Source: Methanocella sp.
Lineage (GTDB): Archaea > Thermoproteota > Bathyarchaeia > Bathyarchaeales > Bathycorpusculaceae
Length of the DNA: 11,786 nt
NCBI GenBank assembly: GCA_050261115.1
Contig: JBLNCY010000058.1
Location: 1-11,786 of the forward strand
Reading direction: 5' to 3'
The position numbers and the translations under genes were made by a program. Shown here piece after piece: positions 8,519 through 11,786 of this stretch. How positions within the stretch are numbered: the stretch's first letter is position 1; the number at the start of each line of letters is the position of its first letter. A model generated the notes under the pieces. That model was not told the origin of the DNA, did not search any database, and saw only the letters and a list, made by a program, of their open reading frames with translations.

Positions 8519-8794
8519 TTGACCAGCACAACCGAAAAGAAGCAGAAACCGTCAATGTTTCAGGTTCTACTCCTCGACAACAACCCAAGCCAAGACGTTT
8601 CTGTCCATGAAGCCGACCACGTTGACTTCAGCCAAGTAAAACAACACCTACAAAACGGAGGCTCGGTCTTCATAACAAGCACAGACACCCAAAAAATACA
8701 GTACCCCAAACCAACGCCACAAACCAAATATGTCAATGCAAGAAGAAACATGGGGTTTATTTTCCATCAGCAAATGAAAATGAGAACTCGATAG
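8519..8794 (+). CDS. Hypothetical protein, 91 aa
   Basis: TTG 8519 preceded by GGAG (8507-8510) and a TATA-like TTTAAACA (8463-8470). Globular-looking core FQVLLLD..VSVHEADHVDF..HLQNGGSVFITS. No family recognised. Confidence 0.7.
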   Translation: MTSTTEKKQKPSMFQVLLLDNNPSQDVSVHEADHVDFSQVKQHLQNGGSVFITSTDTQKIQYPKPTPQTKYVNARRNMGFIFHQQMKMRTR

Positions 8795-8798
8795 ATGT

Positions 8799-8867
8799 GT
8801 AGCGTGCATCCGAGATTCCCTTTACCCCCCTCTCTCTTCCGAATTTCCCTTTTTGGGTGCACGCTAC
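8799..8867 (+). other. Long RNA stem-loop (17-bp stem, 35-nt pyrimidine-rich loop); 3'-UTR element, terminator or sRNA
   Basis: GTAGCGTGCATCCGAGA (8799-8815) pairs with TTTTGGGTGCACGCTAC (8851-8867) through 14 Watson-Crick and 3 G-U pairs on the + strand. Confidence 0.7.
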
Positions 8868-8890
8868 TCCCGTTAACAAGCATCATTAGG

Positions 8891-9958
8891 TTAAGGTTTT
8901 TCCCGCAGCGCTAGGGGAATGTATGCGCATCTTGGGTCAGGACCTAGAATGTCGCCAGTATAGAATAATGCGGCGCTTCGGCAGCCCCCGCAGACATCTC
9001 GGTATTCGCAGACGCCGCATTTCCCCTTGAGGTTGCGTTTGTCTTTGACTTTATTGAAGAAGTCGCTGTTCTGCATGTCTTTCCAGATTTCGTCGATGGG
9101 TTTGTTTCTGATGTTGCCTATGCGGTAGGCGTCGTTGTAGCTGCAGGGGATGGCATCGCCGTTTTCTGCTATGCTCATGAATTTCCCAAAGAAACAGCGG
9201 CCTAGGAAAAAGTGTTCCCACCATTGGTCATAGTTAGGCATACCTCTCTGTTTTGCAACTCTTGCGTAGAATGGTATGTAGACGTTGATGTCGGGTTTAC
9301 CGCCATATCTTATGGTTAAATCAAAGAGTTTGTTGCAGACCCACTCGTACTGTTTGGGTGTTAAGTCGGCCTTTAAGCTCTCCTTGTCGTCGCTGTAGGG
9401 TACAAAGCCATGGAAGACTACCCAGCGTGCACCAAACTTTTTAGCTAACTCCAAAACATGAACCATGTCCTCTTCGTTGGCGTTTGTAACTTGGCCCTTG
9501 TTAGCGAACGTGTAGACAAGAACGTTTAGCAGATCTGCTTTGGCAAACCGCTCAATCGCCGTTACCGCCGCTTTATAAGCACCCTCGCCACGGATGGCAT
9601 CGTTGGTTTCTGGACCCCCGTCGATGCTAACGGATATCTTGGTTTTGTTCTTGATTATTTTGTTAATTGTTTTTTCGTCAAGCATGCGCCCATCCGTTAT
9701 TATACTTGTGTTCAAGCCGAGGCTGTGGGCGTAGTCGAGCACTTCAAAAAGATCGCTACGCAGAAGCGGCTGACCCCCAGTTATACCAAAGAAGGATGCA
9801 CCGAACTTTTGGACCTGATCAACAAGTTGCTTGGCATCTTTCGTGTTGATTTCATCTGGAAACGCGGTTTTACCTGCAGACACGCAGTGAACGCAGCTAC
9901 TGTTACATGCAAAGGTACATCGCCACGGAACAATGAACAAGGGGCCTTTATTTTTCAA
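8891..9958 (-). CDS. Radical SAM/SPASM domain protein (AhbC/AhbD/NirJ-like)
   Basis: WRCTFACNSSCVHC (CxxxCxxC), ITGGQPLLR, SVSIDG, and a 7-Cys SPASM domain (C..GDAIPC..KCGVCEYRDVCGGCR..DPRC). Likely start is TTG 9958 after GGAG; the ORF track's 10066 start runs through the promoter. Confidence 0.9.
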   Translation of the reverse strand: MKNKGPLFIVPWRCTFACNSSCVHCVSAGKTAFPDEINTKDAKQLVDQVQKFGASFFGITGGQPLLRSDLFEVLDYAHSLGLNTSIITDGRMLDEKTINKIIKNKTKISVSIDGGPETNDAIRGEGAYKAAVTAIERFAKADLLNVLVYTFANKGQVTNANEEDMVHVLELAKKFGARWVVFHGFVPYSDDKESLKADLTPKQYEWVCNKLFDLTIRYGGKPDINVYIPFYARVAKQRGMPNYDQWWEHFFLGRCFFGKFMSIAENGDAIPCSYNDAYRIGNIRNKPIDEIWKDMQNSDFFNKVKDKRNLKGKCGVCEYRDVCGGCRSAALFYTGDILGPDPRCAYIPLALREKP

Positions 9959-9995
9959 GCCTACTATCTCCAAGAGGTCTATACATATTATGGGC

Positions 9996-10015
9996 ATGTT
10001 AAATGTATTTAACAT
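9996..10015. promoter_or_regulatory. Perfect palindrome, candidate operator in the divergent radical SAM/osmC promoter region
   Basis: ATGTTAAAT-GT-ATTTAACAT, 9-bp perfect arms. It overlaps a minus-strand TATA-like GTTAAATA. Confidence 0.55.
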
Positions 10016-10095
10016 TTCACCCCAGAATACACCATTGGATGCTGTTCCCAGAATTCTTAAAAGCAAAAAAAGGGCTATCTAGGTTGGGACATTTT

Positions 10096-10506
10096 ATGGT
10101 GAAAGGAAACGCAAAACTCCAAGAAAACACCAGACTAGTAACCGATAACGGCCGCGGACACACCGTAACCTGCGATCTCCCTGAATCCCAAGGCGGCACC
10201 AACGCTGGGCCTACGCCGCTGGAACTGGCTGTGATGTCTCTCGCTGGCTGTGGAGCTATCATCTATGCGGATGTCTGCAAGAAAAGCAACATCGACCCTG
10301 GCGAGATTGAAATAAATGTGGAAGCAGAAAAGAAACCTGACTCGCAAACACTGTCCAATGTGAAGATGAAGGTTCACATAAAGTCGAAAACTCGAAAAGC
10401 GCTTGTTGAAGCGGCTTGGCGAAGAACTGAAGCGAACTGTCCGGTACTCTATATCTACAAGGAACCCATACCTACACATGTTGAAGTAGACATAGAGGCG
10501 AAGTAA
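10096..10506 (+). CDS. OsmC/Ohr-like (YhfA-type) protein
   Basis: GHTVTCDLPESQGGTNAGPTPLELAVMSLAGC and NCPV supply the two conserved Cys. ATG 10096 gives 136 aa; a TATA-like TTCTTAAAA lies at 10054-10062. Confidence 0.9.
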   Translation: MVKGNAKLQENTRLVTDNGRGHTVTCDLPESQGGTNAGPTPLELAVMSLAGCGAIIYADVCKKSNIDPGEIEINVEAEKKPDSQTLSNVKMKVHIKSKTRKALVEAAWRRTEANCPVLYIYKEPIPTHVEVDIEAK

Positions 10507-10579
10507 ACAGGCAACCTCTTCTTTGCAAAAAAATTTTTAACAAACCCAGCCCCTTACCCTACAAAGGGGGAAGGGAGAA

Positions 10580-10753
10580 TTGACCGAAGATAGTCTCTTG
10601 TCTATCAGGAAATCAAACTGTAAACACGAAAAAACCCAATTGTACACCCAGCGCCGTTTCGATATCCTAAACGGCATGGAATTCAACTTTACGCGTTGTA
10701 TAAATTGCCATAAAATCGTTGCCCTGCAAGCAAGAAAATTTTCAAAGCACTAA
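10580..10753 (+). CDS. Small putative zinc-binding protein, 57 aa (absent from the ORF track)
   Basis: TTG after a strong purine-rich RBS (GGGGGAAGGGAGAA). Sequence MTEDSLLSIRKSNCKHEKTQLYTQRRFDILNGMEFNFTRCINCHKIVALQARKFSKH carries CxH..CxxC. It fills the intergenic gap exactly. Confidence 0.7.
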   Translation: MTEDSLLSIRKSNCKHEKTQLYTQRRFDILNGMEFNFTRCINCHKIVALQARKFSKH

Positions 10754-11181
10754 TGACTATGCACCGCTTTATCGTACAGGTAGGGTTCACTCTGCGCCAG
10801 CAAGTCCAGCACTCGCTGCGTCGTTGTTGAACCCAACTTGCATGTTTTCATGTCACGCAGAAAAGGCAACTCTTTGTCGGCATCATGGAGCACGTGCAGT
10901 TTTTCCCACGTTACTTTGATATCCTCGGAGGGTATCTTGCTGTCTACATCCATACGCCAGGTACCCGCATCCAACTTTGCACCGCCTTCTTCAAGCGCCG
11001 TAAAGGGCCCAAGCAGACTCCTATCATCAACATTATAGAGGAAAATAACAGATCCCTCTTTAACTACCTCCGAAGACTTACTGTCCTCACCTATGCAGGT
11101 ATATCGCTTATTGCTGAGGCATCGCTGTTGACTCTCTTTATTACATAAAAAAACGTACCCGTCATACATACCTAAAACCAC
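10750..11181 (-). CDS. Stand-alone DCD-like (development and cell death; EVE/PUA-like) domain protein
   Basis: GYVFLCNKESQQRCL..VKEGSVIFLYNVDDRSLLGPFTA..GG..LDAGTW resembles the DCD pattern GYIFxCN..EC..IKPGxxLFLYN..LxGxFEA..GG..IDPxAW. Start is GTG 11181 or ATG 11169. Confidence 0.7.
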   Translation of the reverse strand: MVLGMYDGYVFLCNKESQQRCLSNKRYTCIGEDSKSSEVVKEGSVIFLYNVDDRSLLGPFTALEEGGAKLDAGTWRMDVDSKIPSEDIKVTWEKLHVLHDADKELPFLRDMKTCKLGSTTTQRVLDLLAQSEPYLYDKAVHSH

Positions 11182-11379
11182 TCAATGCGCAGGAAGCGCT
11201 TTGCGCTTATTCTCCCTATCTCAAGCCCAGTATTTCAAGGATTGTTACTCACTTCAGAAGTCACAAGTGTATTTATGGCAAAAAACGGTACTTAACGCAG
11301 TACCAAAGAATCCCATAAAACGCCCTTTTTTGGCTATCAACCTGTGAGGTCTTAATAATCTGAGTACGGGGGCAGAAGC

Positions 11380-11786
11380 ATTTTACCTAAAAAATTTGCC
11401 ATATTGGCTACCTTAATACTACTGGGCATAATTATCGCGATTAATCAAGCGCAGCCCATTGATTCCCAAGTTTATGTGAAAGCACAGACCATTACACCCA
11501 CTCCATCGCCATCACCAACTACAACGCCAACGCCCTCCCCGACGAGTGTACCGACGCCATCAGCCACACCAACCCAAACCCCCACCCCAGCACCAACCCC
11601 CACCGCCACACCTACTGTAACGCCAACTCCCACGCCTACTCCAACACCTACCCCGACAACACCCCCACCCACGCCTACACCCACCCCCACAACCTCTCCG
11701 ACACCTACATCAACCCCTACTCCTGCCCCAACCGCTACACCGACTCCAACACCAACACCTACCCCAAACCCAACCCCCACGCCGAT
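11380..11786 (+). CDS. Secreted or surface protein with a long Pro/Thr linker (partial, runs off the window)
   Basis: Open frame after TAA TAA (11353-11358): [37 protein letters not shown] followed by about 100 aa of PT/PS repeats. Signal-peptide-like N-terminus. Start uncertain (ATT 11380 or TTG 11404). Confidence 0.75.
   Translation, partial: MLPKKFAILATLILLGIIIAINQAQPIDSQVYVKAQTITPTPSPSPTTTPTPSPTSVPTPSATPTQTPTPAPTPTATPTVTPTPTPTPTPTPTTPPPTPTPTPTTSPTPTSTPTPAPTATPTPTPTPTPNPTPTP
11494..11784 (+). repeat. Coding low-complexity (Thr-Pro)n repeat
   Basis: Repeating ACN-CCN codons with variable third positions. Confidence 0.9.

Noticed and set aside
9959-10095. N-terminal extensions of the radical SAM (to 10066) and OsmC (from 10003) ORFs
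   Set aside because: They would overlap each other and the promoter elements; internal starts fit family lengths better.
11187-11304. Short inverted repeats (AAGCGC-N3-GCGCTT, ACTTC-A-GAAGT, GGTACT-N6-AGTACC)
   Set aside because: Arms of 5-6 bp are expected by chance and cannot be supported without conservation data.
11472-11780. Minus-strand Gly/Val-repeat ORF (102 aa)
   Set aside because: It is the antisense shadow of the Pro/Thr repeat; the + frame carries a signal peptide.
1-11786. CRISPR array, IS element or prophage
   Set aside because: No regularly spaced repeats, transposase, integrase or virion genes. The T7 Endo I-like domain alone does not indicate a provirus.

Overview
Archaeal chromosomal window, judged from the aP1/L12 stalk protein, Trm1, BRE-TATA promoters and frequent TTG starts; a Bathyarchaeia-like origin is inference only. 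Recognisable housekeeping genes are a P2C-like cation P-type ATPase, a stand-alone rpl12, a THEP1-type NTPase, trm1, proC, a HAD phosphatase, an Ahb/NirJ-like radical SAM/SPASM enzyme and an OsmC-family protein. The most unusual item is a 417-aa protein that appears to fuse a DUF2400/TIGR02757 (HhH-GPD glycosylase-like) domain lacking its conserved Asp to a T7 endonuclease I-like PD-(D/E)XK domain with ExH in place of ExK. Other items worth follow-up are a stand-alone DCD-like (EVE/PUA-like) protein whose stop codon overlaps that of an unannotated 57-aa CxH/CxxC microprotein, a 17-bp RNA stem with a 35-nt pyrimidine loop, a perfect operator-like palindrome between the radical SAM gene and osmC, and a truncated Pro/Thr-rich secreted protein. 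No rRNA, tRNA, CRISPR array or transposase was seen. All family calls come from motif recognition by eye, not from database searches.
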